Source of the DNA: Podarcis filfolensis
Taxonomy: Eukaryota
NCBI GenBank assembly: GCA_964270895.1
Contig: OZ185437.1
Length of the DNA stretch: 64,000 nt
Direction: 5' to 3' (one strand)
This document shows positions 1-13,420 of this stretch, one piece after another. Under the pieces are notes generated by a model. It was not told the origin of the DNA, did not search any database, and saw only the letters and a list, made by a program, of their open reading frames with translations. The number at the start of each line of letters is the position of its first letter. The stretch's first letter is position 1. Position numbers and translations under genes: made by a program.

Positions 1-334
1 TTATACTGGTTAGTCTCTTGTTACACAGATTTCTTGCTAAGTGACTTACAAAAGTATTTGAAAATATAAACATAAATACATTATAGTATTAACCAATTCA
101 TAAAAAAAACGCATGCAGTTCATAGAAGTATACAAAACAACACCCCCACCCAATAACAACCACAGGAAGCTTTGGCACCATACTAAGAGCAAAAACAACA
201 ACATGCTGAAACATCAGAAGCGAGGGAAATGGATGTTGTAACCTGTCACTGAAACAAAGGTACCAGGCAGACCTCACTGGGGAGGGTGTTCCACTGATGC
301 AAAGCCACAACTGAAAAGGTCCTCTCCTATAATT

Positions 335-520
335 ATTTAATAATAATATATATATTTTGTACTCTACCCATCTGACTGAGTTGCCCCAGCCACTCTGGAC
401 GGCTTCCAACATAATATACAGAAACACCACAACAGAGCAGAATACATTAGAAGCATATGCAAGGCTGCCCTCAGATGTCTGTGGAAGGTCGTATAATTAT
501 TTGCCGTAATCCTCAAGTCC
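335..520 (-). mobile_element. L2-type LINE 3' end fragment
   Basis: cccatctgactgagttgccccagccactctggacggcttccaac is the reverse of the L2-type tail also seen at 3880, 39300 and 53780. Confidence 0.6.
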
Positions 521-1289
521 TCCCTCAAAGAAGGAATCCTGAGAAGTAATGCTGCTGTGTTCTACTATAGATCAGGCTGTGGCCCAGCTGTAGGCCCAGT
601 TGCACCAGTTGAAGGTGATGACCTAGTTTGTTTCAAAACTGAGGTGATATTGGAACCCGGATCTCCCCAGACTTAGGGCATTTCCACTTGTTCTGTGCAT
701 AGAAAGCACTGGTTCTGCTCCATTACTAGGGAAAACCTGCTCTTTAGCTCTAAATTGAAGCAAACGTCAATCCGGAGAAAACACAAATTGCCGTTTGCTC
801 CGATTGCATGCTAAACAGTGGTTTTCCCTGGAGAAAAGCAGTGGAACAAAAGGGAGTAGGGATAAGCCATGAGTCAATTACATTACGCAACTCTAAATAC
901 CAGGTGGCACACTTTCCTGTGGAGGACCAGGGCGTGGCATTTTAAAAATATTTTGACTCCATTATTGCAAAGAAATGAATTAAAAGGGCTGATTTTTTTT
1001 GTAAATTATATAAGGCTTCTTGGATGTGCTTTGCAATCTTTATGCTGCTTTGATTGCTCCTTTAAGTTTGGTGATGAATAATCTCCACATGGCTGATGAT
1101 GAACAGAGGATGAGAGATGAATGTTCTAGTACAGAATCTCTTCTAGAAAATGGTGGGAAAGAGTATGCTTATTATAAAGGGCAGAAAGAACAAACAGACA
1201 AATTGCTAGTTGGTTCACAGAGGCTCCATACTGAGTGAAATATTAAAGCAAATAAGCATAGGATCAATATGTAATAAATCAGCAGAAAA

Positions 1290-1534
1290 CAAGTTTCCCT
1301 GCTGAAAAACAGTGAGATGCCATGAGGATGGGTTATATCAGGTAAAATCAATATTTTCTTTGTCAAACTAAGTAGTATGGTGAAAAAGAGGGAAGACATT
1401 TGTCTGCCTTTCAGCAGACGTCCTCGAAGAAAAACAGAAGGCAGGTTAGTGCAGATTATAGCATCCCCAAGAAGGAAATTGGTAAACTTCTTTTTTAGGA
1501 CACACAAGCTGTTGGAGGTACTATGAAACCTCAC
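1290..1534 (-). mobile_element. Possible highly decayed L1 reverse-transcriptase fragment
   Basis: ORF 1172..1534 contains AIICTNLPSVFLRGRLLKGRQMSSLFFTILL, a loose match to the L1 RT motif RG.RQGCPLSPLLF.I.L. Confidence 0.3.
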
Positions 1535-2954
1535 ATGTTAAATTATGACCATGCAGCCAGCTTCAAACTCTTTCTCACTACCTTCCTCTCTGTTCTTCAG
1601 TCCTTTTCTCAGCCGCCCTTCTCACAATGAAGACTTTTCCATAATTCCTTTGTCCAGGCGGAGAGGTCAAGCTGAAGAACCAGACCAAAGTCAGTAGCTT
1701 TATAGGGCCAAGTGGCTTGTATTGGGCCATACTCGCTCTTTGTGTCACTTGAACCCTAGGAAGTGCAATATGACCGCCTGTAGTGGTGGCCTTGGTGGTA
1801 CAGAGACAGTAAGGCATCTGGGTCTCACTACTGAAACCCTCTGGCATCTTATACCCCAAATGCCTCGATTCTTGTCCACAACTGTAAAAAAAACCAAAGT
1901 ACTGTATGTGTACTTGAAATGGTTTTTGTGTTTTCATTGCCCTGCTGGGTGTTTTTCTTTTTCATGGTTATGTTTTTATTATCCATTCTGCATTTGTATT
2001 TTTAGTAGGTATGGCGTAGGAATTTGGTTCCCAAAACAATACACAAGCATAACTATCCTTCAAAATTCACACTTCTGGGATTTTTGCAGTGCCAGAACTA
2101 AAATACGGGAATACCCATTTTGAAAAGCTACATAGCACTCATGATTGCTGTACAGCAGTTTGAGATATCAATTAAATAAGACTTGTGTCAGCCACCACTG
2201 CTTAGTTTACTGTAATGTGTGAGTTAGGGGTTTTCAACCCAAAGGGTTTTGGCATACATACCTTGCTCATAGCCCCATAAAATAATTTATTACTGTAGTT
2301 AGTGAGTCAGTATGTAAAAAGTGATCTGTCAAAAGATGTAGGTGATCTGGAAGAAAATGTGTGAACTGCCAAAGGGTGTAAGGGAACCTGATAAATACTA
2401 GCTATGCTTGCTCAAAAGTAGGCCCCACTGATTTCAGTAAGACTTATTTCAAAATAAACCTGAATTCTGAGTGTTTATTTATTCTTGAGACTGTCTTGTG
2501 ATGTAAGAAGGTGTCTGGCTGTGCAGGAGATGCTGGTGAGAGCAACACATGCAAGGGCACATGACATGCAAAGATTATTCTAAACTACACCAGTTGCCAA
2601 GTAAGACAATCTGTGCAGTTGATATTTCTCCTGGCTGTGTTTACTCTCCTCTGAACAGTAAGTTAATGAAGGTGTTTTGCTCAATCATGTGTTTGGCAAT
2701 GAGAAATGACTTTTTTAAAATTATAGTCAAAATTTTGAATTAGAAAGAATTTGACTTATGAAGTTCCACTTTGGGCACTTAAATAAAAATAAAAATAAAG
2801 CAGTTGATGAACAAGAACGTGATGCGATCACAAGCTCAGCATTTGTGTAAACAGCAGTAGTTTAATCAGCAAAGCATCTTTGCTGTCATCTATAAAATGA
2901 AAATCTGGGGTTAACGTGTTTAAAATTAGAAAGGCAATCCCTGTGTGTGTGGTT

Positions 2955-3790
2955 TTTTTAATTCAAATATTTTTTATTGATTTTCATGTATATACAAGAA
3001 CAACATAGAACTACAGTAACTTGTCTAGTGGTACATTCTTAAGTTTCATATGCAGTACACAGTACACAAGCAATACATTTATTTATGCATTGTCAATTCA
3101 GGTATCTTCTCCACAGAGATTCTTGTGTTGTGGGTGGAATGAAAGTATATACTGTCTCATTTTTAAAGGAAAATAATGGAAACCAAGTCTCGGCAAAAAT
3201 GTCTATCTTTGAAGTGCCTTTAATTACCCTTCTATGGCAAGTAAGGCATTCCGATAGAGCCACATTCCAAATATTATTTACCCAGGTTTCAAGGGGGGGT
3301 TTCTATTAGCTGATAATAGAAAAAAATATTAAGTCTCTGCATTTAAGGTTATTTTTTAAATTTGAGCCTAAGGATAACAAGGCAAGAGCTGAATTGGGTG
3401 GAAGGGATTGCTGAGTAATTTTGGAAATAATCTGGAACACCTTTCCCCAAAAGGTGTATACCAACGTGCAACTCCACCATGCATGAAAATATGAGCCTAT
3501 CACTCCGCGGCCTTTCCAGCATAGGCGAGAGATGGTAGTGTTTATTTTGGCTAGACGTGGTGGAGTCCAGTGCCAGCGAAATACAATTTTAAGAGAAGCC
3601 TCCTGCAAACAAGCAGAGATTGTACATAGGGATGGGTTGTGCCAAATTGATTGTCATTTATTATCTGCAATTAGGATCCCCAAGTCTCTTTCCCACACTG
3701 ACTGGAGGCCTCCTGTATCACCTGCATATTGTTCTAAAAGAATGCTATAATTTAAAGTCACAGCTCCTTTTATGCCATATTTTGATTTGT
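2955..3790 (-). mobile_element. Decayed L1 LINE, ORF2 C-terminus and 3' tail
   Basis: RWHWTPPRLAKIN...LCWKGRGVIGSYFHAWWSC is the L1 cysteine-rich motif, with WERDLG upstream. T-rich reversed tail near 2955. Confidence 0.8.
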
Positions 3791-3867
3791 TATATAGAGA
3801 CTCAGATGACATAAGAGAATGAAGGCCATTCCCCTTGCGTTCCAAGTATCTTGCAAATAATAGTAAT

Positions 3868-3945
3868 AATAATAATAATTTATTATTTATAACCCGGCCA
3901 TCTGGCTGGGTTTCCCCAGCCACTCTGAGTGGTTCCCAACAGAAT
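3868..3945 (-). mobile_element. L2-type tail fragment with (TAA)n
   Basis: Same tail motif (ccatctggctgggtttccccagccactctg). Confidence 0.55.
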
Positions 3946-4379
3946 GAATGTTCACAATTGAATAGATTGAAACCAGGTTAACTGGGCATCATCCAATATC
4001 TTCATGAGATCATGCGTTGAGGTTGCTTTACCTCTAGGCAGAAGGTCTCTTATCCGATGGATACCTTTCTCCTCAAGTTTTTAAAATTGTCCTTATTTAT
4101 CCTCTTGTCAGAATGATGGAGGCAATCCCTGTGTTTGATGGGAAGGGTACAGCCAGACATAGCTGCTCGCAGAAGAAAAAATAAAGGAGCAGATAGTTAT
4201 GATTATAACTGAAAGATCAAATGAGTCTTAAAACTGTCATCCATGCCTGTCTGTATCGGCCACTTCATTTTTGTCTGAACTGCTTTCATCTGTGACTTTA
4301 CCACTGCACAAGTGCTTTTGGTAGGTTAGTTTAAGGCAGTCTTTAAGACTCTCCTTCACTGCAGGTTTTAATGCAGAGG

Positions 4380-4489
4380 TTGGAGACCTTCTGCAAGGGA
4401 TGCTTTAGTTGCAATTTCCTGCACTGAAGGGGGTTGGACCAGATGACCCCTGGGATCGCTTCTAACTCTACAATTCTATGATTCTATGA
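4380..4489 (+). mobile_element. CR1-type / Squam3-like SINE 3' tail
   Basis: gggggttggaccagatgaccc...ctctacaattctatgattctatga, ending in the (ATTCTATG)n tail typical of CR1. Confidence 0.65.
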
Positions 4490-6540
4490 AACTAACTGTG
4501 AATTTAAGCATACTTAGGCAGGAAACTTTTCCACAAAATTCCTTAGTACACCACAACTGAGTGCAAGGATGCAAATATGCCCGATTAAAATATTGGCAAA
4601 GCAACTTTGAGAGGGGAAGTTCGGCATTGGAAAAGTGGTCACATTCCCCCCCCCCCACTCCGCCAAGCCCCCCTGCCCCAAGTTTGATATGTTTGCTTGT
4701 GAGGAAAACACCTTCAATATGAACCTAAGATCTGGCACTTTTTACAATCAAGCACTGCTCCCAAGCCCTATTCTGTGATTGCATTCCATATGCTTGAGGA
4801 GTTTTGCCCTCCCAGCCCCAGCCCTCTTATGGCAATATTATTGTATCATTGATAAACTTTACACACAGGGCTGGACACGTCACTGCCTGATGCAAAGAAC
4901 AATGTGCGTTCCCCACCACCACTCAACTTCAGCTCAGAAACAGAAGCTGAATCTTAATTCTCCCCGGTAATGGGTCTTCCACAGCACCTGAGGCAGCAGG
5001 CTAATTTAGTTTGGGGCAAAGGCATGTGATATAGTCTACATAGCTGTGTCTTCAGACACAGGGAACTGGGCAGGGCACCTTAGGAGCAACAACCAGGGAG
5101 CTGCTGCTCTCCCCCTCCCTGCCCAGCACCTGCTGCTTGAAGTGGTTGCCGGACTTTGCCTAATGGGAGAGCAGCCTTGCTTACTCTTATATTCCATATG
5201 TTACCATATCCACACTCATCACTGTTTCACAAATGCCGTCTGTGGAGATGAGTGTGCCCCATCACGTGCGACAGTCATCCACCTCTCTGCTCACCAGCGT
5301 GTGGATGCAGTGAACTGAACCTTTACCAAATATTCAGGTGTTATCATGGAAAAGGGGGCGCATGCTTCTTGTATGCACTTGTGTAGATAAAATGTCACAA
5401 AAGCAGCTCTTCCAAAGATCTTCTGGAAATCTTTAATGAGCTCCAGATTGTGAAAAGCAGGGGGATGCTGCCACCTGTTGGTGTTCATTTTCATTTTCAC
5501 AGCCTCTTGTACTAAATTCTGCTTCTTATCTTTCTCCATTAGGCTTTTGAAACAAAAGATTAGCTGTGAGTGAAACATCAGCAGGATGACTCGAGCACCG
5601 TGGAAGGCAGTGTCCCTTAAGCAACTGCAGGTGACCAACTTCTTCTTGCTTGGGGATCAGACAAAGTCCTGGAGGATAAGTCAATGAATGGCTACTAATC
5701 ATGGTGGCTGAATACTACTTCCAAGAGCATAAGCTAAAGGTTGCCAACCATCTTGGACCAGTGAGCACATTTACAATTTTGAAAGAGTTCTGTGGGCTCC
5801 AGTCACAAAATAGCTGCAATGGGGAGGGGGTGTGCAGCTTAACATCACATGGCTGCCGTGGAGAGTGTGGCACAACACACAATTTAGAGAGACAGGCACT
5901 GTGGATGACTTTGCTTTACCATGCGACCTCAGCTGTATCCTGCTGGTCCTGGTTTTAACATATCCACACTATGCAGAGATGTTGTTGCTGTCAATATGTC
6001 ACTATGTTTATTTTATTGTTATGCTGTTTATTATTATGGTTTTTATTATGTTTTTAATGTTTTACACCGCCCTGGGAACTTTTGATAAAGGGCGTATATA
6101 AATTGAATTAACAACAACACCATTTTAAAACAAATTACAATCTCAAGAATAGAGTGGGTGCTTAGATATTATTTTCCCAAAAATAATAAGCTAACTAATA
6201 TTTTGCCACATCACAATTTTGGCCTTAAAAACTGTTGGCATGCTGAGCAGCAGAGGGCCCTCATTCTTCCCTAGAGCTATCTATGACATGGACTCCATGT
6301 AGTATTCATTTCAGCTCAAGATTGGCATGCAATTGTTGTAACCATAACTTTTTTAAAGAATAAGAGGCTACCAAATGTACATAGTAAAACTTATATTGGC
6401 AATAAACACAAGAATGCGTGTCAGGAGATAGAAAGGCAGCTCTGGTGACCATGAGATGTTTACATGAGATGTTAGCTTTTTATTGTAACCCCCAATCTGT
6501 AAAGGATGCTGGTGTAGCAATAAAACTGCTAGCACATTTG

Positions 6541-6648
6541 CAAAGTTAAGCAGGGTCTGGTTTGGTTTCAAATTGGATGGGGGGCTGAGCATTGAGGAGG
6601 TTGGACTAGATGATGCCTGGTTCTCTTCCAACTCTATGATTTTATGAT
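6541..6648 (+). mobile_element. 5S rRNA-derived segment joined to a CR1-type tail (SINE-like)
   Basis: aagttaagcagggtctggtttggtttcaaattggatggg aligns to the 5S internal control region GAAGCTAAGCAGGGTCGGGCCTGGTTAGTACTTGGATGGG. It is followed by ggttggactagatga...ctctatgattttatgat. Confidence 0.5.
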
Positions 6649-7774
6649 AAACCTTTTAATAACGTTTCATAAAAATGTAATCAGTCAGTGTAAAGTTTAG
6701 CTATTCTGCAATTCTTAGATTCTATAGATGATTAGACTGGGGAAGAAAGCCACATGACATGATTATTCTTAAAACCCTCTTTTCAAAAGGTAAAAGAGAG
6801 TATTTTATTCCCACAGATTCCGAAAGCACAATAAAGGATCAAAATGACAAATTTCATCTGTGGGGATTGTGAAGTTGCTGCTATAGAATGAAAATAAATG
6901 ATGAGAGGAAAACTGTTACGGAACTTCAGAAGAACCCTGAGACACTGAGATATGTGAGTTGTGCAAGTCCCACTTTATAATATTTATGCGACCTCCTGTA
7001 TGCATTCTGTATGTAATCCAGTATTGCATGTTTGGCTAGTGGCAGTTCTCCTGGGGCTCACTTTTCCCAAAATTGCTGGTGATGCCAAGGACTATGTGTG
7101 GGATCTTCTGTATGCAGAGCCCTGTGTAATGTCCATGTATATGCAGAAATGCATCTCCCCCCGCTTCTTTCCAGTGTGATGGTGTTCACCAAAACACACA
7201 AGGAGCGTAATCAAATGTCCTGTCAGGTGCCTGTCTTTATGCCATGATTGACCCTTGAAACTCCAGTTTCAACATGCTAATTAATTGAAAACTACCAAAC
7301 CTTAAACTGTTTTCCTCTCCCATTCTATATGATAGTATCACTGTTTTGCAAATGTCAAGCAATGATCATTTTTGAGACGGTTCCTAAGGGGATTCTAGTA
7401 TTTTCTGTACAGCATTGTAGTGTAGAACTGGAAAACAGGAAACGGGTATTGTGGTGGGGGACTGGTGAGGGGGAAATGAACCATAACACACAAGAGGTGC
7501 ACAGAGCCGTCTCCTCTATGGAGTATACAATACAATTCATTCAGACTCCACAAATCCTATGATCTGCTCTGTAACACTGAGAGGACACAGACCTTGAAAT
7601 AATGTGGATTCAGGGAAATGTTTGTTTCAAAATCCTACCCACTCAATACTTGTTTAGGAGTTGTAATGTTTCATTTTCTTCTTCGTGTTTAGTAGTTCAC
7701 CAAAGTTAGCATGATGCAGGAATTATACATGAAGTGTATTGTTATATTACATTTGGAATACTGTAACATACTCT

Positions 7775-8290
7775 GCATAGGGTTGCCTTTGAAAAGTACT
7801 CAAAAACTCAAAGAGCTGCAGCCAAGTTGCTGACTGGGGCTGATTGTAGGGAGCATACCATTTCCTTGCTACAACAGCTCCACTGGCTACCAGTCTGTTT
7901 CTGGGCACAATTCAAAGTTTTGACCTATAAAATACTATACAGCTTAGGTCCAAGATATCTGAAAGACCATATTCCCTCATACGAACCTGTCTGGGTTTTG
8001 AGATCTTCAGGGGAGGTCTTTCTCTTCAGTCCCACCACTTTCACAGGCATGCTTGGTGGGGACACAGAACAGGGCCTTCTTGGTGGCTGCCCCCTGACTT
8101 TGGAACTGCCCCCTTCCCCAAGATGCTAAACTGGCTCCCTCCTTGTTGTCCTTTGGTTGGCAGGTGAAGACTTTCTTCTTCTACCAGGTTTTTGGAAATG
8201 GACTTTTAACAAAAGGGCTGGTGCCATGCTGTTTTTATTATAATTATTTGTATGTTTAAACAGATTTTATATGTATATAGTTTTAATTAT
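7775..8290 (+). mobile_element. L2 LINE 3' fragment
   Basis: ORF 7827..8129 contains LLQQLHWLPVCFWAQFKVLTYK...LGPRYLKD...LRSSGE, the L2 ORF2 C-terminal signature. Confidence 0.85.
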
Positions 8291-8301
8291 ATATTTTTAG
8301 C

Positions 8302-8304
<3 letters not shown>

Positions 8305-8344
<40 letters not shown>
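8305..8344. repeat. (TA)n microsatellite
   Basis: Read directly from the sequence. Confidence 0.95.
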
Positions 8345-8347
<3 letters not shown>

Positions 8348-9535
8348 TTTTTAAAAAAAAACCTGTCAGCTGTCTTCAGTCTTGTCAGGGAAAAAGGAAG
8401 GGTATAAGTAAATATAATAATGATAGTGATAGTCCTAATATAGCCAGGATTATCTGCATAGAGAAACTTCCATGTGAGGATTCTCATATGAATCAGGATT
8501 CATATGTGTAGGGATTATGTGTAGAAGAAAAATCTGCACACTATCAGACTGACTGCTAAGAAGCATTGTGTGGGTGTCACTGCCAGCACTGCCAATAACC
8601 TTGTGAGGTGCATATTTCTGTGTCACAACTGGTCATGCTGTTAAAACTTGAGCACGTGGCTACATAACACCGCAGTGTTAACTGGGGCAGAGTGGTACCA
8701 AGATGATGCTATCAGGCATTGCATTAGCCTCCAGGAAGGCCACTGGGGTGTTGTTTTCTGGAAAGACCACCAATGGCCCCACTTTCTATCTCATTAACAC
8801 AGTCTCCAGAAGCCATGTAAGGTTATTGCTGAGTCATGTAGAAGCAAACCGTTTTCAACAGGAGATGAGAACTGGCAACTTCATGGTATTGCTTCATGCC
8901 ATACTGACAGCGAGTATGGTAGTTTGTTGGATTAGACAATTTGTTAGTCATATTCAGCATAGTGTCAAAATACAAACACAATTAAACACAAGTAAAATGG
9001 GTTGCAGTAATTTGAGATGTACCAGAGCATGAATGATTGTGGCCAGGCTATTCCAGCTGAAGAGAAGGTGCACCAGCATTAGCTGAAAGGAACCTCTCCA
9101 TGCCACTTGAGCTACTTGACAGGACCAGAGCTATAAGCATCTGCAAAAGATAAACCTGGTCCTTCAGGGAGAGTGCAAACACCATCTGCGGGCACAGTAG
9201 CCCCTCTGTCTTATCAGGATAAAGACTATTTGCAATACTAAGTCCTGCTTAGCTGTCTCTCCAAACTGAACACTTTCAAGCCTATATCCTCATTTATTGA
9301 GACTAGACAAATGTCTTTGGGGGGGGGGAATTGAATTTCAGAATGATTTCTGTGACCAGTATCAAAATCAATATTTTCTTCTTACACAGAAGTGCAGAAA
9401 CCATAGTTCACTTTGCAAAAATTATGTATGTTTTGCAGAATTCAGCTTTTATTTGCACAGAATTTGAAAAACCATGGCAGTAATTTTGCTTGTTTAAAAC
9501 ACCAATGAAAAATGATGAAGTACACAGAAAGTGCA

Positions 9536-9891
9536 GGGGACGCGGGTGGCGCTGTGGGTAAAACCTCAGCGCCTAGGACTTGCCAATCGCATGGTCGGCG
9601 GTTCGAATCCCCGCGGCGGGGTGCGCTCCCGTCGTTTGGTCCCAGCGCCTGCCAACCTAGCAGTTCGAAAGCACCCCTGGGTGCAAGTAGATAAATAGGG
9701 ACCGCTTACCAGCGGGAAGGTAAACGGCGTTCCGTGTGCTGCGCTGGCTCGCCAGATGCAGCTTGTCACGCTGGCCACGTGACCCGGAAGTGTCTGCGGA
9801 CAGCGCTGGCTCCCGGCCTATAGAGTGAGATGAGCGCACAACCCTAGAGTCTGTCAAGACTGGCCCGTACGGGCAGGGGTACCTTTACCTT
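9536..9891 (+). mobile_element. Full-length Sauria SINE with a 15-bp target site duplication
   Basis: tRNA-like head (ggtggcgctgtggg...gttcgaatcc) and (ACCTTT)n tail. TACACAGAAAGTGCA is repeated at 9521-9535 and 9892-9906. Confidence 0.93.
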
Positions 9892-11048
9892 TACACAGAA
9901 AGTGCATGGTAGTACCTAGGTAGCAATTATCAGGTGTGTCTCTGAAATGGCTGACTAGCACTGTGCAAAAACATGGCTGCTAATCATAGCAAATGAATCA
10001 GTCAGCCCATTTCCCAGAGAAACAAGGTAAAGAGACTGCCACAGGCAATGGTTTGCTTTGGGTAGAAAGTAGTAGGCATATCTCTCAGTTGATCCAAATT
10101 CTTGCAAAACATCACTTACTTACAGAGAATCTCCCTCGTCAAGGTTGGAAAGCTTATCTGTAGACAAAATATTTATAGCTGTTAGTTTAGTTCTAATTAA
10201 TCTGTTCATTAGAACATATTAGGAGACAAAAAAACCTCCTTTATATAGATTACAGATTATGCGTGATTCATCACAGTTATTTCTGGCAGCACTTCTTGGC
10301 ACACAAACATTTCTTTGAAGGCAGAATTTACCATCAAGCTGCTTTATGGGTTCTTTTAAGAGGCAGAATAGATTGCTCTGTAGTACAGAGCAGGAAATAT
10401 AAAACAGCCTCCCACCTGCTAATGATCATCAGCCTACTTTGGAAAGTGTAAGAGCTACGAGTTCTCTAGCTGTCAGTTACACATTGCCTTCCTACGCAGA
10501 GTGTTAAAATTGAGAAGCTAGGTCATTTCGTGTTAAACTAAACAGTGCCTTAGGTTCTTCATTACTTAGCTAAATCAAATTGGTGTTTTGACCCTTTTTG
10601 TTATTTTAGCTGTTTGGGAAGGAATAAAATTGCAGATACATACCACATGGACAAAAAGCAACAGTATTTTGTTATATAACTACATGGTGGTGGTTGTTTT
10701 TTAAGGTGATGGCCCTTGTTTTCCAACAGTGAATGGTAACAATTATTAATTATGATTAATCTGTAGATAAAGAACTTGAGGATTGGGTAAATTCAGCTGA
10801 AGCTAATGTTTTCATAGCACAGCTAATTTAAGAAACAAGCAATTGTTTTAATTTTGGTTGGTGTGATTGGATGATTCATACTAAGTAGTTCCTGACTTAC
10901 TTAATGCAATAAATTCCCTCTGAGTAGGGCTACAAATTCACCCAAACATTGGTGTTGTCTGCTGTTGTTTTTGTTTCTTATATAGTAATGCTCCTAAAGT
11001 GACTCGGTGCTGAAAAAAGCAACAGCTAGAAACATTTAAAACAAACCA

Positions 11049-11054
11049 TTTATT
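11049..11054 (-). terminator. WASF1: Probable WASF1 polyadenylation signal (AATAAA), implying a 3'UTR of about 770 nt
   Basis: tttatt on the plus strand. A GU/U-rich tract (gtttctagctgttgctttttt on the minus strand) follows about 25-45 nt downstream. Confidence 0.6.
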
Positions 11055-11800
11055 TAAATCAAACTGTTATTTCTAACAGTTACATAAGTTACATAGAATG
11101 GCTAAGTCAGAAGATTTCACAAGGTGGGGGAGGAGGGTCAAACTCTCAAGCAGGCAAAATAGTATCACACAATAGGTACCAGTAAAGGAAATCTTAAAAC
11201 ATTCAAATAAGGCCATAATTTTTAATTAAAAACAACAATAAAACCCCCAAAGATCATTATTTGTTTTTCTTTCAGTGTGTCCAGTGCTGCTAGAACTACA
11301 TGTACCTTGTAATGTACAGATTTAATCAAGGCAGTAATAACTAGGGTGCAAACCCCCAAGTTCTTCTCCTGCTCAAATCCCTATGAAGTACCTGGGAATT
11401 GCAGCACTTTATGGATTACACCCTTCTTTGTTTTTAAACTGTTAACAGTATAGTAATGATCATTACTACGTACAACTCTCCTGGAAGCTTCTGCCTTCAT
11501 AACTTAAAATTCACAAAGTGCACAGTTAAAGATATGCCAGAAAATTTAAATCTGCTACTCTACCAACAGCTGCCCATGCTTAATACTTAGTGGTCTACTG
11601 GAACAAAATTACACTCTTTTAAAGAGCTGTATCACTGTAAAACATTTAGTTTCAAAGATGTGCCAACATTTTGTGAACTGAAAAGTAGAAAAACATGGAT
11701 TATATAAAGAAAATACAAAAACACTAGAAATGACCAAACAGTTTTAAAGAACAAGCACCACAATGGACATCAGCATTCAGTTTAGTAGCATATATCCATT

Positions 11801-12034
<234 letters not shown>

Positions 12035-13420
12035 TCAAAGCAATGCCAAAAATTCTCAATTGTTTTAGACAGCTTTTTATAGTTCATGCATTTGCGGTTT
12101 CCCCGGTATCTTGCAAATCTCCACAAAAAACTAGTTTGTATATGGCTATAGGTTTATACAGGGAGGGGATTTCATGTAACATAGAGAAAATTGTTTTGAT
12201 TCTTCTCCTAAGGACATAAGTGTATGGAAATATATCATAAGGCATAAAAATGCCATTATCACACAATGAGACTCCAGTTTCTCCTCATGAACATAAGCTA
12301 TTTCTACTTTAAAAAAAAAAAACAAGTAACAAAGTTTGAAGTTATAATTGGCTACTAATGCAGATGTCTTTTTGAGAGGCATATATTCTTTTCAATCATG
12401 CTTTTACTGTCAAAAGCAACAACAAACTTCTGTTGTAGCTTGTATTAAATATTCAATGGTCCTTTAGTGACAATGAAGTTTTTTCCTGGTAGCTTTAGAA
12501 ATCAGCTCGAATAGAAGGCTGATGGATGCTAATCCTACCAGTAAGCATTAGCAACAATAAATATTATATACCCTTTTCTTCTTCTTCATTGTCCTTTTTA
12601 GGGTTCTAAACTCATCAACAACAGTTGTTCATCTGAAAAAATTCCAACTTCTCCTTACTGTTGATTAAAAAATAAATTCTGCCTGCATAGTTAGTTGCAC
12701 GTGGAGAGAGTCACACGTGAAGAGTAAACTGCAGCAAAGTCTAGTAGAAATGTGATAATGGCTTCTTTTATTATTTCAGAGTAACTTAACAGCAAAGGGA
12801 AATGTCAACAACTCCCTCAATAAATATTCCGAGGTCTGCTGCTAAATTGCTATAAAAATTGTAGCCTCTGATATGGTGACTAAGACTCTCAGGAGATAAA
12901 ACTAGTCTCTCTCAAATTATCCTGGAGAACGTCTAAGAGCACATGCTCTCCAAATGTTAAGCAAGACTGACCTTCCAATGTTGCGATATGCAGTATATAC
13001 ACAAAGCAGAATACCACTTGGTGATCGTCTTATATGCCCACACCCTTTCTGCTTTGCTTTATTTAAGTTGACAAAATACACAGCTTTTCTGAAACCATTC
13101 TCAAGCTACTAATTATCTAAAGTAGACAATGTAAAAAGACCGACGTCATGAAAATTATCATAGTTTTTAGTTGGCAGAAGGATGTAACATGACCAGCACC
13201 ATATCTATCTGTATTTGATGGGCTAAACAATTTGCAGATAATAGAAGGAAAACCTGGTTTTTCTATTTAGTACATAAATTGTGGGGTTTTTAAAGTCATT
13301 CTGGCTCAATTCAAAGAAACATTATTTAAATAATGATATAACCACATGGTCATAAAACTGTAGGCCAATTGTTCTGTCGTGTGAACACTTCTTCAGCTAA
13401 CATTATATAAAACCACTTTA

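Noticed and set aside
5291-5638. 115-aa minus-strand ORF with a protein-like composition (WQHPPAFHNLELIKDFQKIFG)
   Set aside because: I could not assign it to any family and found no convincing splice structure. It may be a decayed transposon ORF. BLASTX or HHpred would be decisive.
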